Assembly: GCA_036012755.1 (NCBI GenBank)
Contig: DASCPX010000027.1
Location: forward strand, 192,001-256,000
Direction of reading: 5' to 3'
Length of the DNA stretch: 64,000 nt
From: Myxococcota bacterium
Lineage (GTDB): Bacteria > Myxococcota_A > UBA796 > CAJQPC01
Position 1 is the first letter of the stretch. Every line of letters starts with the position of its first letter. The notes beneath the pieces were generated by a model, which ran no database searches, had not been told where the DNA came from, and was given only the letters and a program-made list of their open reading frames with translations. The position numbers and the translations under genes are program-made. Of the stretch, positions 38,344 through 48,435 are shown piece by piece.

Positions 38344-39818
38344 CGCTTCCAGCCCAGGTGGCGCTTCCAGGCCGAAGCGGTCCCGTCAGCTGGGGCTGGA
38401 GTGCGGCGGTGGTCGAGCTCGAACTGTGCGATCGCCGCGGCTGTCGCGGCCACCTCGTCGTTCCGTAGATCCTCCAGATCGTTCAGCAACTCTGGAGTGA
38501 TGAAGGCCGTCGTGTAGTCCCCGGCCAGGAAGCGCTCGTCCGCGAGGACGCGACGGAAGAAGCCGATGGAGGTGCGGATCCCCGTGACGCGGTACTCGCG
38601 CAGCGCCCGATCGCACCTCCGGATGCACTCTTCGCGATTCCGGCCCCAGACGACGAGCTTCGCGATCATCGGGTCGTAGTGGACCGGGACCTCGGTCTCC
38701 TCCGTGACGCCGCTGTCGACGCGAACGAAGGGGCCGGAGGGCTCGCGATAGGACCGGATGCGTCCAGGGGCGGGCATGAAGTCCCGGGCAGGATCCTCTG
38801 CGTAGATCCGGCACTCGATGGCGTGGCCGTGCACGCGCAGGTCGTCCTGCCCGAAACCCAGGGGCTCGCCGCGGGCGATGCGCAGCTGGGCCTGGGCGAG
38901 GTCCACGCCGGTGACCATCTCGGTGATCGGGTGCTCGACCTGCAGCCGCGTGTTCATCTCGAGGAAGTAGAAGCCGCCGTCCCCGCCATAGAGGAACTCG
39001 ACGGTTCCGGCGCCGACGTAGTCCACGGCCTTCGCCGCCGCGACCGCCACCCGGCCCATCTCGTCGCGGGTCTCCTCGGCCAGCACGGGGCAGGGAGTCT
39101 CTTCGAGCACCTTCTGGTGACGGCGCTGGATCGAACAGTCCCGCTCGAAGAGGTGGAGGGTGTTGCCGTGCTGGTCGGCCAGCACCTGGATCTCGACGTG
39201 GCGCGGGTTCACGACGAACTTCTCGAGGTAGACCGCGTCATCCCCGAAGGAGTTGCGCGCCTCTGACCGAGCAGCACGGAACGCGGCGAGGAGGTCCCCT
39301 GGCCGCTCGACCTTGCGCATGCCCTTTCCGCCCCCGCCCGCGGAGGCCTTGAGCATCACGGGGTAGCCGATGTCCGCCGCGATGCGGAGGAGCTCGTCCT
39401 CGTCCTCGATCGCCTCCAGCGTGCCTGGCACGAGGGGAACCCCGGCAGCCTGCATGAGCTGGCGCGAGCCGGTCTTGCTGCCCATCATCGTGATGGCATG
39501 GGGCGAGGGTCCGACCCAGGTGAGACCCGCGTCGATGACCGCCTGCGCGAAGCTGGCGTTCTCCGAGAGGAAGCCGTAGCCGGGATGGATGGCGTCGGCC
39601 CCGGTCTCCGCCGCGACCTCCAGCAAGCGGTCCGCGCGGAGGTAGGACTCGCTCGCCGGGGCGGGGCCGATGTGGCGAGCGAAGGTCGCCATGCGTACGT
39701 GGGGTGCGGTCCGGTCCACGTCGCTGAAGACCGCGACGGTCTCCAGCTCCAGCTCGGCGCAAGCCCGGATGATCCGAACCGCGATCTCGCCACGGTTTGC
39801 TATGAGGACCCGCTTCAC
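38340..39818 (-). CDS. accC: Biotin carboxylase subunit (acetyl/propionyl-CoA carboxylase)
   Basis: 'LIANRGEIA', 'HPGYGFLSEN', 'GGGGKGMR' and 'EMNTRLQVEH'. Confidence 0.93.
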   Translation of the reverse strand: MKRVLIANRGEIAVRIIRACAELELETVAVFSDVDRTAPHVRMATFARHIGPAPASESYLRADRLLEVAAETGADAIHPGYGFLSENASFAQAVIDAGLTWVGPSPHAITMMGSKTGSRQLMQAAGVPLVPGTLEAIEDEDELLRIAADIGYPVMLKASAGGGGKGMRKVERPGDLLAAFRAARSEARNSFGDDAVYLEKFVVNPRHVEIQVLADQHGNTLHLFERDCSIQRRHQKVLEETPCPVLAEETRDEMGRVAVAAAKAVDYVGAGTVEFLYGGDGGFYFLEMNTRLQVEHPITEMVTGVDLAQAQLRIARGEPLGFGQDDLRVHGHAIECRIYAEDPARDFMPAPGRIRSYREPSGPFVRVDSGVTEETEVPVHYDPMIAKLVVWGRNREECIRRCDRALREYRVTGIRTSIGFFRRVLADERFLAGDYTTAFITPELLNDLEDLRNDEVAATAAAIAQFELDHRRTPAPADGTASAWKRHLGWKR

Positions 39819-39845
39819 GGCGCGTCCGTATCCTGCTCCGGTGTC

Positions 39846-42275
39846 CTACGCCGTAGGCTGCGCGTCCCCGGACTTCGCGGACTTCTCGGCTGCCTTGATG
39901 GCCTCGATCTCCGCCCTCTTCGCCTTCAGGTTGTCTGCGCCCAGCACCAGGTCGAGGACCTGCTCCATGCGGCTGCAGAAGTGGAAGGTCAGCTCGCTCT
40001 GGATCTCATCCGGAACCTCGACCAGGTCCTTTCGGTTCTTCTCCGGGAGGATGACCGTCGTGATGCCGGCGCGGTGGGCAGCGAGGACCTTCTCCTTGAT
40101 GCCACCGACCGGGAGGACGGCCCCGCGGAGGGTGGCCTCGCCGGTCATGGCGATGGCCGCGTCGACCTTGATGCCGGTGAGCAGCGACACGATCGCCGTG
40201 AGCATCGTCACGCCCGCGGAGGGCCCGTCCTTAGGCACCGCACCGCTGGGCACGTGGATGTGGATGTCCTCCTTGTCGAAGACGTCCTCGTCGATGCCGA
40301 GCTCGGGCGCCATCGAGCGAATGTAGCTGCGAGCAACGCCGACGCTCTCCTTCATGACGTCGCCGAGCGAACCCGACAGGGCCAGCTGGCCCTTGCCGCG
40401 CATGCGGGTGGCTTCGATGAACAGGATGTCGCCGCCGACGGCGGTCCAGGCCAGACCTGTCGCCACCCCGGCCACGCTGGTGCGCTCGGCCACCTCGTTG
40501 AAGAAGTGGATCGGGCCTCGGATCTCCTCGATGAGCTCCGTCTCGATCGCCACCGTCTCTGTCGTGCCGCCGGCGATCTCGCGGGCGACCCAGCGGGCGC
40601 AGGCGGCCAGCTCGCGCTTGAGGCTGCGCACGCCGGCCTCGCGGGTGTACGCCATGATGAGGTGCCGGATGGCGTCATCCGTGATCGTCATCTGGGTCGG
40701 CAGGAGCCCGTGCTCCTCCAGGACGGTCTTGAACAAGAAGTTCCGGGCGATCTTGACCTTGTCCTCGGGCGTGTAGCCAGGGATGCGGATGACCTCCATG
40801 CGATCGAGCAGCGGCCCGGGGATGGTGTCGGCCACGTTCGCCGTCGCGATGAACAGAACGCTGGAGAGATCGAAGGGCAGGTCGAGGTAGTGGTCGCTGA
40901 AGGTGTCGTTCTGCTCTGGGTCGAGGACCTCCAACAGCGCGCTGGAGGGGTCGCCTCGGTAGTCGCTCCCGAGCTTGTCGATCTCGTCGAGGATGAAGAC
41001 GGGGTTGTTCGAACCCGCCTTCTTCAGCGACTTGATGATCTTGCCCGGCAGCGAGCCGATGTAGGTGCGCCGGTGCCCCCGGATCTCGGCCTCGTCACGG
41101 ACGCCACCGAGGCTCATCCGAACCATCTTGCGCCCGAGGGCGCGGGCGACGGACTTCGCGAGCGAGGTCTTGCCGACACCAGGCGGTCCGACGAGGCAGA
41201 GAATCGGGCCCTTCATGTCGCGCTTGAGCTTGAGCACGGCGAGGTACTCGACGATGCGCTGCTTGACCTTCTCGAGGTCGTAGTGGTCTTCGTCCAGGAT
41301 GACCTGGGCCCGGTCGACGTCGAGGTGGTCCTCTGTCTGGGCCGACCACGGCAGCTCCGTCAGCCACTCGAGGTAGGTGCGCGAGACGGTGTACTCGGCG
41401 GCACCGGGGCTCATCCGGGCCATGCGCTTGAGCTCCTTGTAGGCGGCCTGCTCCGCGTCCTTTGGCATGCGGGCCTTCTTGATCGCCTTCTTCAGGTCCT
41501 CGAACTCTTCCTGGCGCTCGTCGACCTCGCCGAGCTCCTTCTGGATGGCCTTGAGCTGTTCGCGCAGGAAGTACTCCCGCTGAGCCTTGTCCATCTCGCC
41601 CTTGACCTCGGTCTGGATCTTGTTGGACAGCTCGAGGACCTGGATCTCCTTCTGGAGGAGCACGATGACCTTCTCGATCCGCTCCTTGGTGCCGAAGGTC
41701 TCGAGCAGCTCCTGCTTCTCTTCGACGCCGATCGACAGGTTGGTGGCGACGATGTCGGCGAGCATCCCCGGGTTGTCGATGCTGCGGACGAGGAAGCTCG
41801 CCTCGCTCGGGATGTGGGGGGACAGGTCGATGATGCGCCGGGCGAGCTCACGGAGCTGGGACAGGAGCTTGTCGAAGTCGCGACCCTCGCTCATGTCCTG
41901 CTCGTGGACGGAGACCGCGGCGCGCAGGTAGGGATCTGTGGCCGCCCATTTCTCCACCTTGATGCGCGAGAGTCCCTGGATGATCACGTTGAGCTTGTTG
42001 CCCGGCATGATGACGGACTTGAGGATCTTGACGACCGTGCCCGTCTGGTAGAGCTCGTCGATCGCCGGGTCCTCGTTCTTGGCGTCGCGCTGGGCGACGA
42101 TCCCGAGCAGCTTGTCCCCGGCCATGGCCTCTTCGATGGCCTTGAGCGACTTCTCCCGGCCGACGTTGATGGGAAAGGCCAACACCGGGAAGATCACCGT
42201 GTTGCGAATGGCGAGGACCGGAAGCTCCAGCGCCGACGGGAGGCTCGCGCCCTCATGCTCGGACGGATTGGTCAT
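39846..42275 (-). CDS. lon: ATP-dependent protease Lon
   Basis: 'GPPGVGKTS', 'RGHRRTYIG', 'PKDGPSAG' and 'GGIKEK'. Start could be 42320. Confidence 0.97.
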   Translation of the reverse strand: MTNPSEHEGASLPSALELPVLAIRNTVIFPVLAFPINVGREKSLKAIEEAMAGDKLLGIVAQRDAKNEDPAIDELYQTGTVVKILKSVIMPGNKLNVIIQGLSRIKVEKWAATDPYLRAAVSVHEQDMSEGRDFDKLLSQLRELARRIIDLSPHIPSEASFLVRSIDNPGMLADIVATNLSIGVEEKQELLETFGTKERIEKVIVLLQKEIQVLELSNKIQTEVKGEMDKAQREYFLREQLKAIQKELGEVDERQEEFEDLKKAIKKARMPKDAEQAAYKELKRMARMSPGAAEYTVSRTYLEWLTELPWSAQTEDHLDVDRAQVILDEDHYDLEKVKQRIVEYLAVLKLKRDMKGPILCLVGPPGVGKTSLAKSVARALGRKMVRMSLGGVRDEAEIRGHRRTYIGSLPGKIIKSLKKAGSNNPVFILDEIDKLGSDYRGDPSSALLEVLDPEQNDTFSDHYLDLPFDLSSVLFIATANVADTIPGPLLDRMEVIRIPGYTPEDKVKIARNFLFKTVLEEHGLLPTQMTITDDAIRHLIMAYTREAGVRSLKRELAACARWVAREIAGGTTETVAIETELIEEIRGPIHFFNEVAERTSVAGVATGLAWTAVGGDILFIEATRMRGKGQLALSGSLGDVMKESVGVARSYIRSMAPELGIDEDVFDKEDIHIHVPSGAVPKDGPSAGVTMLTAIVSLLTGIKVDAAIAMTGEATLRGAVLPVGGIKEKVLAAHRAGITTVILPEKNRKDLVEVPDEIQSELTFHFCSRMEQVLDLVLGADNLKAKRAEIEAIKAAEKSAKSGDAQPTA

Positions 42276-42365
42276 GGGGACTCCAATGTCGAGAGACTGT
42301 TCGGCCCCAGTATCCGGCAAGTCACGGCGGGGCCCTTCCTACAGAACATCCGTCCGCGCAATCGG

Positions 42366-43478
42366 TCAGTCCAGCCAGTCCCTGAGTACTTCGTCACGGT
42401 CCGCGCCCAGCGCTGGCGGAGGCCGCGCGGCGGTCCAGGCGGCCTCGCTCAACCGAAAGCCAGGAGGAAGGCTGAAGACCTCGCCCTGGCCTCCAGGATG
42501 GGGGTGGGCGCAGGGGTGGGCCCGCTTCAGCGCGTCCGGCACCGACGCCATCGCTCCTCCAGCGATTCCGAGCTCTCCGAGCCTGCTCGTCCAGGCCTCG
42601 ACGGTGCGCTCTCGGAATCGGGGCTCCAGCTCCGAGTCGAGCTCGGCGCGGTGGGCGATGCGAGCTGCATTCGTGGCGAAGCGCGCGTCGAGGTGCCAGC
42701 TCTCACCGAGCGCCTTGCTCAGCGACGCGAACATGCTGTCACTGCCACAGGCCACGTTCACCCACCCATCGCTGGCCTGGTAGGGCTGGTAGGGATGGAT
42801 GCTCGGGTGGGTGTTGCCACGGGGAACAGGCACCGAGCCGCCGTTGAGCCAGGCCGAGGCGTGGTAGCTGAGCAGGGCCAGCTGGCCGTCCAGCATCGAG
42901 ACGTCGACGAAGGCCCCCTCCCCTGTCCGCTGTCGCCTGACCAACGCAGCGAGGATCCCCTGGGTGGCGTTCATGCCCGCGACGATGTCCGCGATCGACG
43001 TGCCCGTCTTCCATGGCACCTCCCCGGTCCCGGTGATGCTGGGGATCCCCGAGAGTCCCTGGATGACGAGATCGTAGCCGGCACCCGGCCGGTCCTGGCC
43101 GAAGCCGGAGATCGAGCAGTACACCAGCGGTGGGTTGGCCTCCCGCAGCGTCTCGTAGCCGAGCCCCAGCCGAGCGCACACACCCGGTCGGAAGTTCTCG
43201 ATGACCACGTCGGCCTCTCGTGCGAGACGCTGAACCATGGCGAGGTCGTCCGGGTCCTTCAGGTCGGCGACGATGCTGCGCTTGCCCCGGTTGATAGAGA
43301 GGTAGTACGTCGAGATGCCCTGCGAAAAGGGCGGCCCGAAGCCCCGCGTGTCATCGCCTTGGGCGTGCTCTATCTTCACCACGTCCGCGCCGAGATCGGC
43401 CAGGGTCATCGTCGCGAATGGGCCGCTCAGCACTCGGGTGAGGTCGAGCACGCGGATGCCGTCGAGGGGGTTCGACAT
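42366..43478 (-). CDS. CaiB/BaiF family III CoA-transferase
   Basis: 'LDGIRVLDLTRVLSGP', 'LADLGADVVKIE', 'NRGKRS' and 'ENFRPG'. Confidence 0.93.
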   Translation of the reverse strand: MSNPLDGIRVLDLTRVLSGPFATMTLADLGADVVKIEHAQGDDTRGFGPPFSQGISTYYLSINRGKRSIVADLKDPDDLAMVQRLAREADVVIENFRPGVCARLGLGYETLREANPPLVYCSISGFGQDRPGAGYDLVIQGLSGIPSITGTGEVPWKTGTSIADIVAGMNATQGILAALVRRQRTGEGAFVDVSMLDGQLALLSYHASAWLNGGSVPVPRGNTHPSIHPYQPYQASDGWVNVACGSDSMFASLSKALGESWHLDARFATNAARIAHRAELDSELEPRFRERTVEAWTSRLGELGIAGGAMASVPDALKRAHPCAHPHPGGQGEVFSLPPGFRLSEAAWTAARPPPALGADRDEVLRDWLD

Positions 43479-43518
43479 GTCGATTCGCCTTAGTCTTGGA
43501 GCGCTTGAGGAATAGCTC

Positions 43519-43983
43519 GTGGACGTCGCGCTCGGCATCGGGTTCTGGATCGCGGCCACCGTCTATGGTGGCGCGCTGTTCGCCTTCGCGATTCTCCTGA
43601 ACGCGCGCAGGCTCGTCGCGGACGGAGGGGCAGAGCACGTCGTGCGCGTGTGGCGGGCCTGGGGCCCCGGCCAGGGCTTGTCGCTGGGGCTCTTGATCCT
43701 CCTCGGCGCGGTCCGCTACTACCTCGAGGTGGGGGGCTTCTCCTGGCCTCTGGAGACCCAGCCACAGCAGCTCACCGCTGCGGCCCACGTGGTCTTTCTC
43801 GTGATGTGGGGCTCTTCCTTCCACGCCGAGATCTGGACGCTGGAGCCCTGCCGCAAGCTCGACCACCAGGGCGCGGTCACCGACCGGCCTGCCTACGAGG
43901 CCGCTGCGGGCGCGGTCGCGCGCCAGGTCACCTTCAACGCGCTGCTCTTCTGTGCCGTCGGGATCCTGCTGCTGTTGGCCTAG
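43519..43983 (+). CDS. Four-TM membrane protein
   Basis: GAGG RBS and four hydrophobic segments. Confidence 0.65.
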   Translation: MDVALGIGFWIAATVYGGALFAFAILLNARRLVADGGAEHVVRVWRAWGPGQGLSLGLLILLGAVRYYLEVGGFSWPLETQPQQLTAAAHVVFLVMWGSSFHAEIWTLEPCRKLDHQGAVTDRPAYEAAAGAVARQVTFNALLFCAVGILLLLA

Positions 43984-44035
43984 TTCCCGCATTCCGAAGT
44001 CCCGAACCTCGTCCACCGTCTCGTTGCGGGAACTA
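43981..44035. repeat. 11-bp inverted repeat between convergent genes
   Basis: TAGTTCCCGCA (43981-43991) and TGCGGGAACTA (44025-44035). Confidence 0.6.
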
Positions 44036-44112
44036 CGGCACGCGAAGCGGGCCGCCGAGGGGGGCGCCGAAGGCGCCGGTGGAAGGCGCGTCGCGACTTC
44101 TGCCGAGGGGCA

Positions 44113-45918
44113 CTAGTCGGACAGCCGGCCCCACTCCCTCAAGCGCCGCTCGTAGCGCGTGCCCTCGTGAGCGGGCCACGAGCGTGTCCAGAGCTCCGGC
44201 GGAGATCTCGTCGGGAGCTCCTCGCGCAGGTCCCACAGGACGTATTCCCCCTCCACCAGGACCGGATCACCCAGGATCTCCACGAGCGCCTCGGTGGTGT
44301 CGAACACGGCCTCCTCACGCTGCTGGTCGGAGAGGCGTTGCTTCGCCCACTGCTTGATGTCGACCTCGGCGAGATCCCTGTGGAAGACGACCCACCGGAA
44401 GCCCTCGTCCTCGAAGCGCTGCCGCTGGCCCTCGCTGTAGGTCTGCACATCACCGCGGCTCCGGGTGGCTTCGATCAGGGCCGAGACGAAGCTGTTGCGG
44501 AGGCGGTTCTTGAAGCCCTCGGGCCACAACAGCCGCGCGTTCTCCCCCATGCCTCCGAAGAGCTTCTGCTCGTGCATGGTCTGCCAGACGATCGCGGGCT
44601 GGGAGATGCCGAAGGGGAGGTGGATCACTCCCCCGCCCTCGTCGCGCACGATCTCGAAGGTGCGCGGCAGCGTCGCGTCGCGGGTAACGAAGGGAAAGAC
44701 GCCATAGAGCGCCGAGTCCGCCAGCGACACCACCGTGAACAGCCCGCAGGCCAGCGGGATCCAGCGGCCCCAGCCGCGCTCGAAGGCCCGCTGTGCGAGC
44801 CCGCCGAGGCCCACGCAGAGCACCAGGAAGAGCACGCTGGCCATGCGATAGGGGAACCACAGCCGGTCGAAGGCAGGGAGGTAGTGGTAGAGCGCCATGT
44901 ACCAGGGCAGGACGACCGTGCCGTCGGCGCCAGGCCCCTCGTAGACCGGCCCGATGGCGAGCAACAGGATGGCCAGGAAAGCCGGCACCCATCGCCAGCG
45001 GTCGCGTCCGAGAGCCAACCAGGCGAGCAGACAGGGCCACCAGGCCCAGTTCGTGAGGAGCGGCGCGCCCTCGAACTCGGCGAGCAGCAGCCCGTGCAGG
45101 TTCGAGCTGACGTTGTTGGACAGCGCCGACGGCAGGGCGAGCATCTCGGCCGGTCCGTCGCTGAGCCCGGGCACCGCGCCCTCCGCCGCGAGCCCCGCCA
45201 TCCTCAAGGCGGCCGGGAGCACGAGCAGGGCACACATCGCTCCGGCTACGGCGTAGCGACCCAAGAGCCGCCCGCGCTCCTCGCTGCGAACGAGCGCATG
45301 GAGCCCCAGACCGAACAGCAGGAAGGCGACGAACCAGCCCATGAACCAGTAGGTCCAGGCCTGGAGCGCCACGAAGAGCCCGCAGTACAGCGCGTTGCGC
45401 CAGCGAGAGTCCTTCTCCATGGCGAGGAAGCAGTGCACGGCGAGCGGGAGGAAGGGCAGGAAGGCCTGCGTCAGGCGTCCGCAGGTGATCTCGAAGACCA
45501 CGTAGGGGTTGAGCATCCAGGCCACCGTGGCGGCGATGACCGCCCAGCGCGAAGTGAAGAGCCCCCGCGCGAGCACCCTGAAGGTGAGCGCGTTGGCCAC
45601 CAGCATGGCCAGCACGAACCACCGCTGGTAGCCCGGGTTGCCGAAGAGCCAGTACAGCGGGGCGGCGAACAGCGCGTCGACGAAGTTGTTCCCGGTGTGG
45701 GCGAAGATGTCCTTGCCCAGCGGGTAGAAGAAGAAGTCCGTGAAGCCGGGGTCCGTGAGCGTGGTGACGCAGTGCTGGACCCACCAGTAGAACCAGAGGG
45801 TCCCGTAGGCGTCGACCCCGTCGCCGACGACGTGCCCCGAGGCCAGCGCCGGAGAGATGGCGAGCAGCGCCAGGCCCACGTAGGCCAGTACCTCCAGCCC
45901 GAGCCCCCGATACCTCAC
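44113..45918 (-). CDS. Polytopic membrane protein, probable GT-C-fold glycosyltransferase-like
   Basis: GTGA overlap start. 'DAYGTLWFYWW', 'FFYPLG' and 'WFPYRM'. Many TMs plus a soluble tail. Confidence 0.65.
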   Translation of the reverse strand: MRYRGLGLEVLAYVGLALLAISPALASGHVVGDGVDAYGTLWFYWWVQHCVTTLTDPGFTDFFFYPLGKDIFAHTGNNFVDALFAAPLYWLFGNPGYQRWFVLAMLVANALTFRVLARGLFTSRWAVIAATVAWMLNPYVVFEITCGRLTQAFLPFLPLAVHCFLAMEKDSRWRNALYCGLFVALQAWTYWFMGWFVAFLLFGLGLHALVRSEERGRLLGRYAVAGAMCALLVLPAALRMAGLAAEGAVPGLSDGPAEMLALPSALSNNVSSNLHGLLLAEFEGAPLLTNWAWWPCLLAWLALGRDRWRWVPAFLAILLLAIGPVYEGPGADGTVVLPWYMALYHYLPAFDRLWFPYRMASVLFLVLCVGLGGLAQRAFERGWGRWIPLACGLFTVVSLADSALYGVFPFVTRDATLPRTFEIVRDEGGGVIHLPFGISQPAIVWQTMHEQKLFGGMGENARLLWPEGFKNRLRNSFVSALIEATRSRGDVQTYSEGQRQRFEDEGFRWVVFHRDLAEVDIKQWAKQRLSDQQREEAVFDTTEALVEILGDPVLVEGEYVLWDLREELPTRSPPELWTRSWPAHEGTRYERRLREWGRLSD

Positions 45919-46028
45919 TTCTTCTTCTTGAACTCCCGCCACCAACGGGGTCCGATGATGCCGAGGATCACGAGGCAGGATGCCGTGACGAAGAGCGCCT
46001 CGTCGAGACCGAAGACGATGTCGCTCAT
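45915..46028 (-). CDS. 37-aa single-TM small protein
   Basis: GAGGGAGAG RBS, overlaps both neighbours, MSDIVFGLDEALFVTASCLVILGIIGPRWWREFKKKK. Confidence 0.65.
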   Translation of the reverse strand: MSDIVFGLDEALFVTASCLVILGIIGPRWWREFKKKK

Positions 46029-47146
46029 CTCTCCCTCGAGGTGCGGTGTTGCTTCGCGATGCCGGCCTCGACGAGAGCATCGACGTCGACGCCAGCGTCG
46101 CCGAGGATGGCACGGGTGTGCTCGCCGAGGAACGGAACCTGTGGCGAAGTCGACCACGGGAAGGGCGCTCTGGCCATCGGGATGCCAAGGACCTCTTCGA
46201 AGGACCCGCGAGCGACGTGCTGCGGATGCTCGGAGACCTCGCGCGCCGTCAGGGCGGGGCCGACGCAGCAGGCCTGGAGGGACCGGACCCAGCTGTCGCG
46301 GGACCTCGTGGCGAAGAGCGCGGCCAGCGCCTCCGGCTCGGGGGCGACCGGAGCCTCGAGCTGCGCGACGAACCTCATCCAGAACTTGGGCTCGATGGGA
46401 CCCAGCGTGATCCAACCGCCGTCGGCGCAGCGATACGAGCGGTAGCTGGCCAACCCGCCAGTCAGCATCTCGCCCTGGGGACGCAGGTCGCGGTCCTCTG
46501 ACACGGCCATTGCGAGGTGTGGGGCGAGCAGGGACAGGGCGCCTTCGGTCATCGAGACGTCCAGCAGCCGTGTGCCCCCCTCCCGGTCGCGCCCGAGCAG
46601 GGCGGCGCAGATGGCGAGCGCCGCGGTGAGCGCACCCCCGGCGAGATCTGCGATCTGCACGGGGTGCGGCGCGCCACGCCCGTCGGCCGCCACGACGCCC
46701 GCGTAGCCGAGGTAGTTCAGGTCGTGCCCGGGCTCTTGCGCCAGGGGACCCGTCTGGCCGAAGCCGGAGAGCGAGCAGATCACGAGCTTCGGGTAGCGCT
46801 GCAGAAGCTCCTCCGGCACGAGCCCGATGCGCGCCAGGGAGCCTGGTCTGAAGCCCTCCAGCAGCACGTCAGCGCCCTCGAGCAGGGCCCGAAAGGCCTC
46901 CAGCCCCGCGGGCTCGCGCAACTCCAGCGCCACGGACTTCTTCCCCCTGTTCACGGCGGCGAAGAAGACGCTCTGCCCTTGGAGCAGAGGCGGGAGATTC
47001 CAGGTGTAGTCCGAGGTGTCAGGCGGCTCGACGCGTATGACCTCTGCCCCCAGCGCGCTGAGGTACCAGCTGCAGAAGGGCCCCGGCAGCAGGCGTGAGA
47101 GGTCCAGCACTCGCAAGCCCCTGAGAGGGCCCGGGTTCCGTTCCAT
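46025..47146 (-). CDS. CaiB/BaiF CoA-transferase (alpha-methylacyl-CoA racemase-like)
   Basis: 'LRGLRVLDLSRLLPGP', 'EGFRPG', 'GHDLNY' and 'ADLAGG'. Confidence 0.92.
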   Translation of the reverse strand: MERNPGPLRGLRVLDLSRLLPGPFCSWYLSALGAEVIRVEPPDTSDYTWNLPPLLQGQSVFFAAVNRGKKSVALELREPAGLEAFRALLEGADVLLEGFRPGSLARIGLVPEELLQRYPKLVICSLSGFGQTGPLAQEPGHDLNYLGYAGVVAADGRGAPHPVQIADLAGGALTAALAICAALLGRDREGGTRLLDVSMTEGALSLLAPHLAMAVSEDRDLRPQGEMLTGGLASYRSYRCADGGWITLGPIEPKFWMRFVAQLEAPVAPEPEALAALFATRSRDSWVRSLQACCVGPALTAREVSEHPQHVARGSFEEVLGIPMARAPFPWSTSPQVPFLGEHTRAILGDAGVDVDALVEAGIAKQHRTSRER

Positions 47147-47177
47147 GGGCTTCGTGTAGCGGGTTAGGGCCCGTTCT

Positions 47178-48020
47178 GTGAGACCGAAGCCGCTCTTCAT
47201 CATCTCGGACGGCACCGGCGACACCGCCGAGAAGGTGGTGCACGCCTGTCTGCTGCAGTTCGCTGGTGCGCCGGTGCAGCCCCAGACCTTCCCGCACGTC
47301 TCCGACGCGGAGGAGATCCGCCGGCTCTTCAAGCTGGCCAAGGAACACGACGCCCTCGTCGTCACGACGCTCGTTCGTGGCGAGCACCGCGACGAGGCCG
47401 CGCGCCTCGCCCAGCAGTATCGACTGGCTTTCGTCGACATCGTCGGCAACATGCTCTCGAGCCTGAGCAACTACCTGAAGGTCGCCCCGCTGGAGACAGC
47501 CGGGCTCCTGCACCGCGCCGACGATCGCTACTTCCGGCGGGTGGCCGCGGTGGAGTTCACGGTCAAGGCAGATGACGGAAAGGAGCCCAGGATGCTCCGT
47601 GACGCCGAGATCGTGCTCGTCGGCGTGTCACGCACGAGCAAGACCCCGCTGTCGGTCTTCCTGGCCCACAAGGGCTACCGCGTCGGCAACGTGCCCCTGG
47701 TCCTCGATCGTGAACCGCCAGAGCCGCTCTGGGACGTCGACCCCCGCCGCATCTTCGCGCTCACGATCGACCCTGAACACCTCCAGGAGATCCGGAGGCA
47801 GCGAATCGAGCAGATGCGAATGTCGGACCGGACCAACTACTGCCAGATGGACTACATCATGGCGGAGCTGGACTACGCCCACGACCTCTTCGATCGCAAC
47901 CGCGACTGGCCGGTGATCGACGTGACGAACAAGGCAGTCGAGGAGACCGCCGCCAACATCCTCAAGGTCCTGGCTGCCAGGGGACTCGCCACGCACGTCG
48001 GCGAGGTGGGCCAGCTGTGA
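47178..48020 (+). CDS. ppsR: Pyruvate,water/phosphate dikinase regulatory protein (DUF299)
   Basis: 'ISDGTGDTA', 'DDG', 'GVSRTSKTPLS' and 'DVTNKAVEETA'. Confidence 0.93.
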   Translation: MRPKPLFIISDGTGDTAEKVVHACLLQFAGAPVQPQTFPHVSDAEEIRRLFKLAKEHDALVVTTLVRGEHRDEAARLAQQYRLAFVDIVGNMLSSLSNYLKVAPLETAGLLHRADDRYFRRVAAVEFTVKADDGKEPRMLRDAEIVLVGVSRTSKTPLSVFLAHKGYRVGNVPLVLDREPPEPLWDVDPRRIFALTIDPEHLQEIRRQRIEQMRMSDRTNYCQMDYIMAELDYAHDLFDRNRDWPVIDVTNKAVEETAANILKVLAARGLATHVGEVGQL

Positions 48021-48382
48021 TCCGGGTCGTCGGGGCCGTCGCCGTCGTCGATGGACGGGTGCTCCTGGCGCGCCGGGGCCCCGGCTCCTACGAGGGCCGT
48101 TGGGAGTTTCCCGGAGGCAAGGTCGAGGCTGGCGAGGACGATCGCGCCGCTCTCGCCCGTGAGATCAGAGAGGAGCTCGCCGTGTCGGTGAGGGTCTCCG
48201 AGCACCTGGCCACCGGCTCCGACGAGCGCATCGAGCTCCACTGCTACCGCGTGCAGCTCGATGGAGAACCCCGAGCGCTCGAACACACCGAGCTGGCGTG
48301 GTTCCCGCTCTCCGCCCTCGCGAGCGTGGATGTTCCCCCAGCGGACGTCCCCGCAGTCGAGGCCTTGCTCGCGGGCGTATAG
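48017..48382 (+). CDS. NUDIX hydrolase, MutT/NudG-like
   Basis: 'WEFPGGKVEAGE...AREIREE'. Confidence 0.9.
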   Translation: MIRVVGAVAVVDGRVLLARRGPGSYEGRWEFPGGKVEAGEDDRAALAREIREELAVSVRVSEHLATGSDERIELHCYRVQLDGEPRALEHTELAWFPLSALASVDVPPADVPAVEALLAGV

Positions 48383-48435
48383 TTCAAGTTGGCACGCCTC
48401 TCTCCCCTGCGGGCCTTGACCCCGGAGCCTCCGCC

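Noticed and set aside
34376..39818. Mutase, meaB, biotin carboxylase and BCCP cluster as a novel pathway
   Set aside because: Consistent with the standard propionyl-CoA to succinyl-CoA route. The carboxyltransferase and epimerase are probably encoded elsewhere.
39498..43493. 1331-aa plus-strand ORF
   Set aside because: Antisense shadow of lon and the CoA-transferase. Long stop-free reverse frames are expected in GC-rich DNA.
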